NCBI GenBank assembly: GCA_031082425.1
Contig: JAVHLB010000005.1
Coordinates: 100,927 to 164,926 of the forward strand
DNA length: 64,000 nucleotides
Direction of reading: 5' to 3'
From: Candidatus Edwardsbacteria bacterium
GTDB lineage: Bacteria; Edwardsbacteria; AC1; EtOH8
The number at the start of each line of letters is the position of its first letter. Positions within the stretch are counted from its first letter, which is position 1. Made by a program: the position numbers and the translations under genes. Positions 34,789 to 42,731 of this stretch are shown here, piece after piece. A model generated the notes under the pieces. The model had not been told where the DNA came from. It saw only the letters and a program-made list of their open reading frames with translations, and did not search any database.

Positions 34789-35803
34789 CGGAAGTTAAGA
34801 ATACGTTCAGATCGCTTTTTTTGACCAGATAATCACGGGAGGAGAATTTGAATTCGTATCCCATGTCCTTATTTATGCCATCCATAAATTTATTTATGGG
34901 ATTGGTATCGGTCCGGATCTCCACCAGGCCAGGGAAATCATTCACCAGCTTTTTGTACATCGCCGCTTTGAGCCATTTGCCCAACTGCCGGCCCCGGTAA
35001 TCACGGCGCACCCCGGTCATGAACTGATAAATCGACCGGGGATTGTTCCTATCTATGGCTACGTTGCTCATGGCTACCATCTGCCGGTCACCGGCAAACA
35101 ACAGATAGCTGTAGACGATCCGGTTCTTTTGTTTGTCTTCCTCATACGCCTTTCTGATCTCATCCGGGGTCACCTGATAGTCATCGGCTATGGGGTCGGG
35201 CGGCATTTCCTTTAGCAGGACCGTGAATAATTTGCAATACTCTTCCAGATGTATTTCAGGAATGATCTGATGGAATTCCAAGCGCAGATCCTTGTTTTTC
35301 CCCGGAATGGTTTCCAGCCATTCATTTATGCTCCCGATATCGGCTTTGGCAATCTCTAAGACATATCGGTTGACGTTTCGCTTGATAACGCCTTTGAAGG
35401 CTGCAGCCAGCTGTTCATTCAGCTTCCCGGCCGAACCGAAGGTCACGGAATCGTGTTGGGATGAATAACCGTTGATCTCCCCGGCCAACAGTATTATCAG
35501 GTCCGGCGGAACGGAATCTCCCAGATAATCGAAAGCCATTCGCACCTGTTCAAAGGTTGTCCCCTTTCCGGTTATCTGAAACGACAGCCAACCGTTGAGG
35601 CTCCCTTGGCGGAGGACCAGGGATAACACATAGCCGGCCTCCGGATCCATCCTGTCCAGGTAGGCTTTTTTGAATTGTTCCAGGGTTTCGGGCAGGTATC
35701 TATTGTTGCCCTGCAACTCTAATTTTCCCCGGAGATCATAGAAGTCCAGCCATTCCTGCTGGGTGAATCTATCAGGCATTGCCCGGATCAAGGTATGCTT
35801 CAT
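34775..35803 (-). CDS. GNAT-family N-acetyltransferase (two-lobed, 342 aa)
   Basis: The C-terminal lobe carries the acetyl-CoA loop pattern (VRRDYRGRQLGKWL). It overlaps rimO by 14 nt and the upstream PLD gene by 4 nt. Confidence 0.55.
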   Translation of the reverse strand: MKHTLIRAMPDRFTQQEWLDFYDLRGKLELQGNNRYLPETLEQFKKAYLDRMDPEAGYVLSLVLRQGSLNGWLSFQITGKGTTFEQVRMAFDYLGDSVPPDLIILLAGEINGYSSQHDSVTFGSAGKLNEQLAAAFKGVIKRNVNRYVLEIAKADIGSINEWLETIPGKNKDLRLEFHQIIPEIHLEEYCKLFTVLLKEMPPDPIADDYQVTPDEIRKAYEEDKQKNRIVYSYLLFAGDRQMVAMSNVAIDRNNPRSIYQFMTGVRRDYRGRQLGKWLKAAMYKKLVNDFPGLVEIRTDTNPINKFMDGINKDMGYEFKFSSRDYLVKKSDLNVFLTSDAVQ

Positions 35804-36330
35804 GACATTTCCCGGTATTCAAAACAATATTTCTTTCGTTTGCAGGCGGAACAAGGCTGCCCCATCCATAACTCGTCAAACTGCTTCATGACCAGCCCCA
35901 CCAGGGCCGGATCCCTGGTGATTATGCCGGATTCGAAATTGCGCTTACCGTCGCACTTGGCGCCCATCCCGGCCCCGGTCAGGTTGGCGCTGCCGGAATA
36001 GGCGAATTTGCCGTCCACTATCACCGACTTGAAATGTATCCGGGGGCACAACAGTTTTTCCATGCCGCTGATCAGGTTGGGATACCGGTCGAAATCCTTC
36101 CTGAAGTTGGGGCCCGGCTCCTTGGCGTGGATCAACCGGATGGACACATTGTCTTTTGCCAGTTGCGAGAGAAGTTTTAGAAAGGGGACCTTCTTTTTCC
36201 CCTGGTCGATGTAAAGGTCCTTCAGGTCGGAGGTGCCCATCCACAGGAACTTTTGGGCGGCCGGGATCTCCTGCAGTATCACCTTCCGGTAGATCTCGGC
36301 ATCGGAGATGAATTCCAGGTCGTATCTCAT
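35800..36330 (-). CDS. phospholipase D-superfamily protein with a single HKD motif (Nuc-like nuclease type)
   Basis: 176 aa. One HxK(x)4D motif plus GSxN (HFKSVIVDGKFAYSGSANLT). The small size is typical of Nuc-type homodimeric enzymes. It has a C-terminal CxxC. Confidence 0.7.
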   Translation of the reverse strand: MRYDLEFISDAEIYRKVILQEIPAAQKFLWMGTSDLKDLYIDQGKKKVPFLKLLSQLAKDNVSIRLIHAKEPGPNFRKDFDRYPNLISGMEKLLCPRIHFKSVIVDGKFAYSGSANLTGAGMGAKCDGKRNFESGIITRDPALVGLVMKQFDELWMGQPCSACKRKKYCFEYREMS

Positions 36331-36674
36331 TTCAGGGTTTTTCGGATATCATCCAGCACCTGCCTGGCCTCCGGGACCATCCCGAAGAATTCATTCAGCC
36401 TGACGCAGGCGTATTCCGGGCAGTGGGCACAGCTCTCCAATTCTTTGGCCCGGCCGCACTCCCGGATCTGGCAGACGCGGCAATGCCCAAATAAAAGGGT
36501 CCCTTCGGAGGTACACCCGTCGCAGAAGATATCCTCCGGCTTGATGTCGGCGCCGTAGATCTGGGACCAGGTGGCGGCGGTCTTCCGCCGCAGTTCGGGA
36601 TCGTCGGCGTACCGGGCGATGTAAGCCGGACAGGCTGTGCAGTCCAGCCCGCAGAAAGAGATTTTCTTGTTCAT
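36327..36674 (-). CDS. DUF3795-like Cys-rich protein
   Basis: 115 aa. It opens FCGLDCTACPAY and has further CDGC and CRVCQIRECG clusters typical of DUF3795. Confidence 0.65.
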   Translation of the reverse strand: MNKKISFCGLDCTACPAYIARYADDPELRRKTAATWSQIYGADIKPEDIFCDGCTSEGTLLFGHCRVCQIRECGRAKELESCAHCPEYACVRLNEFFGMVPEARQVLDDIRKTLK

Positions 36675-36698
36675 ATTTTAACTCGTTTATTTTTGCGT

Positions 36699-36809
36699 GT
36701 CACCCTGAGCATAGCCGCATGCCTAACAAACCGAACGAGTGACGATATTTTCATTCATTATGATAAGAAATATGATCTTTTATGGATTCCCGCCTACGCG
36801 GGAATGACA
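36699..36809. repeat. GTCACCCTGAG-type unit plus an A-unit
   Basis: 36699-36743 is GTCACCCTGAGCATAGCC...CCGAACGAGTGAC. 36783-36809 is TGGATTCCCGCCTACGCGGGAATGACA. Confidence 0.65.
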
Positions 36810-37055
36810 TATCATTGGCGTGTCGAAAATTTGATGAGAGGATTCACTTCTTGGCCGGACCGACCAATTTCCCGGGTCCCCGCCTTCAGCAATTTTGCTT
36901 TGGCTGAAACGGACGTTAAGAATTCATTGCAGCGATTATCACCTCGCCCTGGTCTAGGAATTTAGTCCGTGGATATACCTGCCACCGGAAATTGCTGGGC
37001 GGGTAAGGCTCTTTTGTTACTTTTCTGGCCTACAGAAAAGTAAGTGCCAAGTTCT

Positions 37056-37420
37056 CTGGATTCCTGCTTTCGCAGGAATGACACGGCAGACCGGCAAAAG
37101 CGAAAAGCATCTGTGCTCTTTGTGGTTTAAATCCCTCGGATTGCTTCGTTTGTCGATCTTAGAAGGCACCTCGCAATGACTACTCCCTCTCCAGATTTAT
37201 TTGGAGAGAGCCTGCACTGAGAATACCCCCATCATTTTTCTACCGAAGTGGTCGGGGTGAGGTCAAAGCCTGGATTCCTGCTCCCCGCCTTCGCGAGGAC
37301 AAGCTTCACAGGAATGACAACTGGAGATTGCTTCGCCGCTATGCTTCGGTGCAGTCCTCGCAATGACACGTGAGTTCGCTAAAAGTAAAAATGTTTTGTG
37401 CCTTGGTGTCTTTGTGGCAA
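37056..37420. repeat. dense composite array A-C-B-D-A-B-C of hairpin repeats
   Basis: Units in order: A 37056-37083, C 37109-37131, B 37139-37180, CTCTCCA...TGGAGAG hairpin 37186-37209, GGGGTGAGGTC tail 37253-37264, long A 37269-37319, B 37326-37367, C 37394-37420. Confidence 0.75.
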
Positions 37421-37424
37421 ATAA

Positions 37425-37841
37425 TCACCTCTTGGCCGGTCTTACCAGTTTCCCGCTGGCGCTGGCCAGGATATTCCCCTGCCGGTCGGTTATCTCCGAT
37501 CCGGCCTCCACCATCCGGCCCTTGTCGTTTAGCACCCGACCGGCCAGGATCACCGATTCTCCTATCTTGACCGGTTTTTTAAATCTGACTGTCAGCTCGG
37601 CGGTGACCGCTCCGGAGGCCCCGCCTCCGCCCTCAGAGCCGCCTACGGCGTGGGCCAGGGCCTCGTCCAGCAGCGTTGAGACTATTCCGCCGTGCAGTAT
37701 CCCCTGCCAGCCCTGGAATTTTGCCGGGGGAACGAATTCCGCCCGGCACTGCCCGGCCTGGGGATAGGAGAATTTAATTTGAAGCCCGTCGGGGTTATTG
37801 CTCCCGCAGGCAAAACAAAAATGATCGTCGTTAAGCTTCAT
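37425..37841 (-). CDS. PaaI/4HBT-type hotdog thioesterase
   Basis: 138 aa with CFACG..NP.GL at the N-terminus and a HGG(I)xxxLLDE core. Confidence 0.8.
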   Translation of the reverse strand: MKLNDDHFCFACGSNNPDGLQIKFSYPQAGQCRAEFVPPAKFQGWQGILHGGIVSTLLDEALAHAVGGSEGGGGASGAVTAELTVRFKKPVKIGESVILAGRVLNDKGRMVEAGSEITDRQGNILASASGKLVRPAKR

Positions 37842-38961
37842 GCATCCCCCGGGGAATGTCGAACTTCAACGGCTCGGGGATGAACACTTCGTGAATGCAC
37901 TTCAGGGCGTAATCGTCGGTCATACCGGCGATGTAATCGCCCACTATCACCGGGGCCGGGGTCTTTTCCTTTTTATAAATGTCATGATACTTTTCCAGGT
38001 GCCGGCCGAAGCGGCGGAACAGCGGGACCGGGTCATGGGCGTAGCGCTCGTTGTCCTCCCCGTATCTTTGGTAGACGCTGGTCAGCTCCTCGAACAGGGT
38101 CCTCAGGATCTTCTCGCTGAACAGCCCGTATTCCTCCAAGGGCGGCGAGGTGTAGATGTTCTTCATGTTGAAATCGTACAGGGCCTTCATCAGCTGGTGG
38201 TTCTCCTCGGACAGCGAGATGCGCCCGGTGCGCTGGGTCTGGGTGATGATGTCCTTGACCAGGGTGTCGATGATCTCGCCGTTCTTGCGCCCCAGCTTCT
38301 GCTTGATGCCGGACGGCACCTGGTCCTCGTCCACCAGCCCGGCCCGGATGGCGTCCTCCAGGTCGCGTCCCAGGTAGGAGACCTTGTCGGCCATCCGGAC
38401 TATGGCCCCCTCGTATGAGGCCGGATAGATCCCCAGTTTCTTGATGCCTTCCAGTTCCACCTTGTCATTCCGGGGGGAGATCTCCTTTTCGTACTTCTCG
38501 CCGCAGTGGCAGATGATCCCGTCCCGCACCCCGTAGGTGAGGTTGAGCCCAGCCCCGTCGTTGGCCAGCTGGTCCACCACCCGCAGGGCGTACAGCTCGT
38601 GGTGGAATCCTCCCTGGTCCTTGAGCAGATCCTGCAGCACCTCCTCCCCCCGGTGCCCGAACGGGGCGTGCCCCAGGTCGTGCCCGAAGGCGATGGCCTG
38701 GGCCAGGTCCACGTCCAGGCCGAAGGCCCGGCAGATGGCCGAGGCGATGGTGGCCACGTGCAGGGTGTGCTCCATCCGGGTGCAGACATGGTCGTTGTCC
38801 GGGGAGAAGAACACCTGGGTCTTGTGCTTCAGCCGCCGGAAGGGCATGGAATGGATGATGGCGGTCTGGTCCCGGAAATACGGGCCCCGGATGTCCTCCT
38901 CGCGGGGGCGGACCCTTTCGGTGTAAACTTCAGGCTTCAGCGGGTTCTTCAGTTCTTGCAT
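37831..38961 (-). CDS. dGTP triphosphohydrolase-like HD-domain protein
   Basis: 376 aa with FRRLKHKTQVF, TRMEHTLHV and GHDLGHAPFGH motifs. Confidence 0.85.
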   Translation of the reverse strand: MQELKNPLKPEVYTERVRPREEDIRGPYFRDQTAIIHSMPFRRLKHKTQVFFSPDNDHVCTRMEHTLHVATIASAICRAFGLDVDLAQAIAFGHDLGHAPFGHRGEEVLQDLLKDQGGFHHELYALRVVDQLANDGAGLNLTYGVRDGIICHCGEKYEKEISPRNDKVELEGIKKLGIYPASYEGAIVRMADKVSYLGRDLEDAIRAGLVDEDQVPSGIKQKLGRKNGEIIDTLVKDIITQTQRTGRISLSEENHQLMKALYDFNMKNIYTSPPLEEYGLFSEKILRTLFEELTSVYQRYGEDNERYAHDPVPLFRRFGRHLEKYHDIYKKEKTPAPVIVGDYIAGMTDDYALKCIHEVFIPEPLKFDIPRGMHEA

Positions 38962-39014
38962 AAAAACTCCTATTACTAATCCCGGCGATTGATTGCAGTC
39001 CTTGAGAATTCAAA

Positions 39015-39290
39015 CACCGCCAAGACGCCAAGTTCGCAAAGTTTACTGTTTAAGGGAATTCAACACTTAACCCATAGGCCCGATCCATTAGCGTTCTTTG
39101 CGCCTTTGCGGTTAAAGCCCGTGGATTGCTTCGTCGCTATGCTTCGATGCCATACTCGCAATGACGAACGATAGTTGAAAGTTCAAAGTCGAAAGTTAAA
39201 AGAATAAAAGTCTCTGTGCCTTTGTGTCTCTGACCTCTCCCTGCCCGACGGCTTCCCTCCCCGCTGCGGGGAGGGAGTGAGGGTGTGGTC
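39015..39290. repeat. composite array (inverted C-like, C, B, GTTCAAAG-type words, C, GACCTCTCCCTGCCC + CCCTCCCC hairpin)
   Basis: Units: 39015-39041, C 39095-39116, B 39124-39165, GTTGAAAGTTCAAAGTCGAAAGTTAAAAG 39173-39201, C 39211-39232, and 39232-39290 with an 8-bp stem CCCTCCCC/GGGGAGGG. Confidence 0.7.
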
Positions 39291-41080
39291 TACCCCGAGA
39301 CGGAGTAGACCTCCTCGTAGGTGGTCACCCCCTCGATCATCTTGCGCAGGGCCACCTGCTTGAGGTCCATCATGCCGTCGGCGGCGATGGCCCTGTTCAA
39401 TTTGTTGATGGTGACGGTGCGGGTCAGGGCTGCTTTTACGTTCTCGGTCATCTCCATCACCTCGAAGATGCCAGTGCGCCCCTTGTAGCCGGTGTTGCGG
39501 CACTCGCTGCAGCCCTCGCCGTAATACAGCTTGGATACCTTCTCCTCCAGCAGTTTGTTCTCGGGATCGTCCGGCCCCACCTCCCGGATGGCGCGGCAGT
39601 GGGGGCAGATCTTGCGCACCAGACGCTGGGCCACTATCCCCACCACGGTGGAGGCGATCAGGTAATACGGGATGCCGATGTCCATCAGCCGGATGATGGC
39701 CGAGGGCGAGTCGTTGGTGTGCAGGGTGGTCAGCACCAGGTGCCCGGTGAGGGCCGACTGGATGGCATGGTCGGCGGTCTCCTTGTCCCGGATCTCGCCC
39801 ACCATGATGATGTCGGGGTCCTGGCGCAGGATGTAGGGCAGGATGTTGGCGAAGGACACCCCGGCGGTGTGCTGGACCCCTATCTGGTTGAAGTCCTCGA
39901 TCACCATCTCGATGGGGTCCTCCACCGTGATGATGTTGACGTCCGGCGAGGACAGCGATTTGAGCGAGGAGTACAGGGTGGTGGTCTTGCCGCTGCCGGT
40001 GGGCCCGGTCACCAGGATAATGCCGTTGGGCCGGTGGATGAAGGCGTTGTATAATTGATATTCCCGGGGGTAGAATCCCAGCTGGTCCAGGTCCTGCATC
40101 AGCACCTCGGGGTCGAAGATCCGGATCACCACCTTTTCGCCGAAGGCCACCGGGATGGTGGACACCCTCAGCTCCATCTCCTTGCCGCCGTAGCTGGTCT
40201 TGATCCGGCCGTCCTGGGGCCGCCGCTTCTCGGCGATGTTCATCCGGGACATGATCTTTATCCGTGAAAGTATCGGGGCGTGCAGGGCCCGGGGGATGGT
40301 GTAGATGTAGTGCATCACCCCGTCGATCCGCAGGCGGACGTAGGATTTCTCCCGCTTGGGCTCGATGTGAATGTCGCTGGCCCGCTGGTCGAAGGCGTAG
40401 TGCATCAGGTATTCCACCGCGCTGGTGATGTGCTGGTCGTTGGCCTCGATCTCGTCCTGGCCCCGCAGCTTGATGTACTGCTCCAAATTTCCCAGCTCGG
40501 TGGAGGTGATCCGCTCGGACTCGGCCGCCTGGACCGAGGCCCTAAAGCCGTAGAACTCCCGGATGATCTTCAGCACATCGGTCTTGGAGGCCAGCACCAG
40601 GCTGACCTTGATGTTCTTGGCGATCTGCAGGCTCTCGATGTGGTCCAGGTTATAGGGATCCACCACCGCCAGGGTCACCAGGGTATTGTTCTCCTCTATG
40701 GGCACCACCAGGTGCCGCATGGCGTAGGGCTTGGAGATGTGCGAGGTGACCACGTCCAGTTTGAGCTTCAAGGGGTCGATCTTTTTATACTCCATGCCTG
40801 ATTCCTCGGCCACCGCCCGGGTGATGTCGTCCTCGGACAGCAGGCGCCCGCTGCCGTCGGGTATCAGCAGGTTGAACGAGGAGATGATCTCGGCCGGGGT
40901 GATGATGTTGGCGGCCTGGTACTGCCTCCGGCTGGCGTTGGTCTCCTGGTATTTCTGGAGCTTGGCCCGCTGGGCGTTGCCCTTGATCTGGACATCCTGG
41001 TGCTGGTCCTGGGTGATCTTCCCCTTTTTGAGGAGCACCTCCAGCACGTATTCCACGGTGAGATGGGTGGGTTTTTTCAT
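39290..41080 (-). CDS. pilB: type IV pilus / type II secretion assembly ATPase (PilB/GspE family)
   Basis: 596 aa with Walker A GPTGSGKTTT, Asp/His boxes and the tetracysteine CPHC...CSEC. Confidence 0.9.
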   Translation of the reverse strand: MKKPTHLTVEYVLEVLLKKGKITQDQHQDVQIKGNAQRAKLQKYQETNASRRQYQAANIITPAEIISSFNLLIPDGSGRLLSEDDITRAVAEESGMEYKKIDPLKLKLDVVTSHISKPYAMRHLVVPIEENNTLVTLAVVDPYNLDHIESLQIAKNIKVSLVLASKTDVLKIIREFYGFRASVQAAESERITSTELGNLEQYIKLRGQDEIEANDQHITSAVEYLMHYAFDQRASDIHIEPKREKSYVRLRIDGVMHYIYTIPRALHAPILSRIKIMSRMNIAEKRRPQDGRIKTSYGGKEMELRVSTIPVAFGEKVVIRIFDPEVLMQDLDQLGFYPREYQLYNAFIHRPNGIILVTGPTGSGKTTTLYSSLKSLSSPDVNIITVEDPIEMVIEDFNQIGVQHTAGVSFANILPYILRQDPDIIMVGEIRDKETADHAIQSALTGHLVLTTLHTNDSPSAIIRLMDIGIPYYLIASTVVGIVAQRLVRKICPHCRAIREVGPDDPENKLLEEKVSKLYYGEGCSECRNTGYKGRTGIFEVMEMTENVKAALTRTVTINKLNRAIAADGMMDLKQVALRKMIEGVTTYEEVYSVSG

Positions 41081-41195
41081 ATGATCTAATTATTAGTGTT
41101 GCAGGGGGATGGATGAAATATTATCGCAGATAGAGGGGTAAAATGCAAGGGGAGAATAAAATTCACCCTCCGTCCTCCCGGACCTGTCTGTAGGG

Positions 41196-41472
41196 AAGGT
41201 TTCAAACCCTCCCCTACGATATTGGGCCATCCTGTTGGTTTGGGCGTTTCGGACACGGCGCGCCGTGTATTCAGCCGGACATGCATGTAGGGGCACGATG
41301 CATCGTGCCCCTACGATAAATCGCAATAATACAGACCTGGATTCCTGCCTTCGCAGGAATGACATGTTAGGCGGACATGTGGGTCAGGGCGATTTGCCAA
41401 TCGCTCCTACGGTATACGGGCATACAAAAATCCCCTCTCCAAATTCATTTGGAGAGGGGCAGGGATGAGGTC
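41196..41472. repeat. composite array of GTAGGG...CCCTAC palindromes, an A-unit and a terminator-like D hairpin
   Basis: 41196-41224 is GTAGGGAAGG...CCTCCCCTAC. 41287-41314 is the perfect 28-nt palindrome GTAGGGGCACGATGCATCGTGCCCCTAC. An A-unit lies at 41336-41364. 41390-41405 is GCGATTtgccAATCGC. The D hairpin is at 41432-41459 with a CAGGGATGAGGTC tail. Confidence 0.75.
41425..41459 (-). terminator. intrinsic terminator-like hairpin downstream of yajQ
   Basis: Perfect 12-bp stem CCCCTCTCCAAA/TTTGGAGAGGGG with a 4-nt loop. On the minus strand it is followed by ATTTTTGTATG. Confidence 0.6.
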
Positions 41473-41475
41473 GGC

Positions 41476-41970
41476 CTATGTCGTCCTATAATTGGTGTAT
41501 TGCAGGGCCAGCCCCAGGTCGTCCTCCCGGAACAAGGCGATCACCTTCTGCAGGTCGTCCTTGTCCTTTCCGGAGACCCGCACCTGCTGGTCCTGGATCT
41601 GGGCCTGGACCCTGATGCCGCTGGCCTTGATCCGCTTGACCATCTCCTTGGCCTTGTCCATGGGAATGCCCTGCACCAGGTTCAGCTCCTGGCGGATCAT
41701 GCCCTTGGCGGCGGTATCCACCGGTCCCAGCTCCAGGCATTTTACCGACAGCCCGCGCTTGACCATCTTGCCGTAAAGGATATCCAGCATGCTCTTGCGC
41801 TTGAACTCGTCGCTGGCCAGCAGGGTGATCTTCTCGGGGCCCAGGTCGATCTGGCAGTTGGCGCCCTTGAAATCGAACCGCCCGATCATCTCCTTCTGGG
41901 CCATCACCACGGCGTTCTTCATCTCCTGGGCGTCGATCTTGGATACGATATCGAATGAACTCTGGCTCAT
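41476..41970 (-). CDS. yajQ: YajQ-family nucleotide (c-di-GMP)-binding protein
   Basis: 164 aa. The SFDIVSKID...EMIGRFDFKG opening is typical of UPF0234/YajQ. Confidence 0.9.
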   Translation of the reverse strand: MSQSSFDIVSKIDAQEMKNAVVMAQKEMIGRFDFKGANCQIDLGPEKITLLASDEFKRKSMLDILYGKMVKRGLSVKCLELGPVDTAAKGMIRQELNLVQGIPMDKAKEMVKRIKASGIRVQAQIQDQQVRVSGKDKDDLQKVIALFREDDLGLALQYTNYRTT

Positions 41971-41976
41971 GATCAG

Positions 41977-42099
41977 TTGTTAGATATTAGTTATTAGATG
42001 TTAGTGTGAACCGTGAACCGTGAACTGTAAATTGTAAAAGGAGAACTGTGAATTCTAAACTGTTAACTGTCCGCTATACCCTATTCGCTATACGCTGGT
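41977..42099. repeat. degenerate short tandem word repeats (TTAGAT-, GTGAAC-, CGCTATAC-type)
   Basis: The region reads TTGTTAGATATTAGTTATTAGATGTTAG, then GTGAACCGTGAACCGTGAACTGTAAATTGTAAAA...AACTGTGAATTCTAAACTGTTAACTGT, then CCGCTATACCCTATTCGCTATACGC. Confidence 0.6.
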
Positions 42100-42104
42100 A
42101 TTTA

Positions 42105-42731
42105 TCAATTGGCGTCGATCAGCTTGGCATTCTTGGGCACCACAAACTGGAAACGGTCGTCCTTGATGCCGGAATTGGTCTTGATCTTCGTAAAGATATA
42201 CTCGCTGGAATTGTCGTCATGGTCCACCACGTCTATCCCGGTGATCTCGTAGGTCATCTTGTCCACGATGATCTTGACCTCCTTGAACAGGTCCTTGAAC
42301 TCCGGAATATCCAGCCAGCACTGATGATTGCCATTGGTCTTGCAGCTGTTCTTGACCTTTCCGGTCAGCAATTTGTCCAGGGGGTTCAGCAGCACCAGAA
42401 AATCCCTGGTCTCCTCGATATTGGTCCGGATCACCTGCTTGTCCTTCTCCAGGAACAGCCACAGGCTCTTTCCGTCGCAGACCACCTGCTGAACCTCCGG
42501 CTTCTTGATGTCCATCCTCAGTTTGTTGGGGCGTTTCATCTCCACCCTGCCCTGGAAGCGGTGGCAGGTGCCGGTGGCCGAAGTGCAGGAGATCAATTCC
42601 AGGTCGGCCTTGAAATCGGAGACGTTCTTGTACCTGGCCCTGACCTGGGCCATGATGGCCTCCGCCTCCTGGGCCCAGGACATCCCGGAGATCAGCAGTA
42701 AGGCAGCCCAGAGAACAGCCGTTTTTTTCAT
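42105..42731 (-). CDS. LolA-like outer-membrane lipoprotein carrier protein
   Basis: 208 aa with a signal peptide and LolA-like length and pattern. It sits directly downstream of ftsK (1-nt stop/start overlap), a conserved ftsK-lolA arrangement. Confidence 0.7.
   Translation of the reverse strand: MKKTAVLWAALLLISGMSWAQEAEAIMAQVRARYKNVSDFKADLELISCTSATGTCHRFQGRVEMKRPNKLRMDIKKPEVQQVVCDGKSLWLFLEKDKQVIRTNIEETRDFLVLLNPLDKLLTGKVKNSCKTNGNHQCWLDIPEFKDLFKEVKIIVDKMTYEITGIDVVDHDDNSSEYIFTKIKTNSGIKDDRFQFVVPKNAKLIDAN

Noticed and set aside
36675-37424. A CRISPR array as an explanation for the stacked repeats.
   Set aside because: The repeats belong to several different families, are imperfect, have irregular spacing of roughly 10-270 nt, and lack uniform-length unique spacers. 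No cas genes are in the window.
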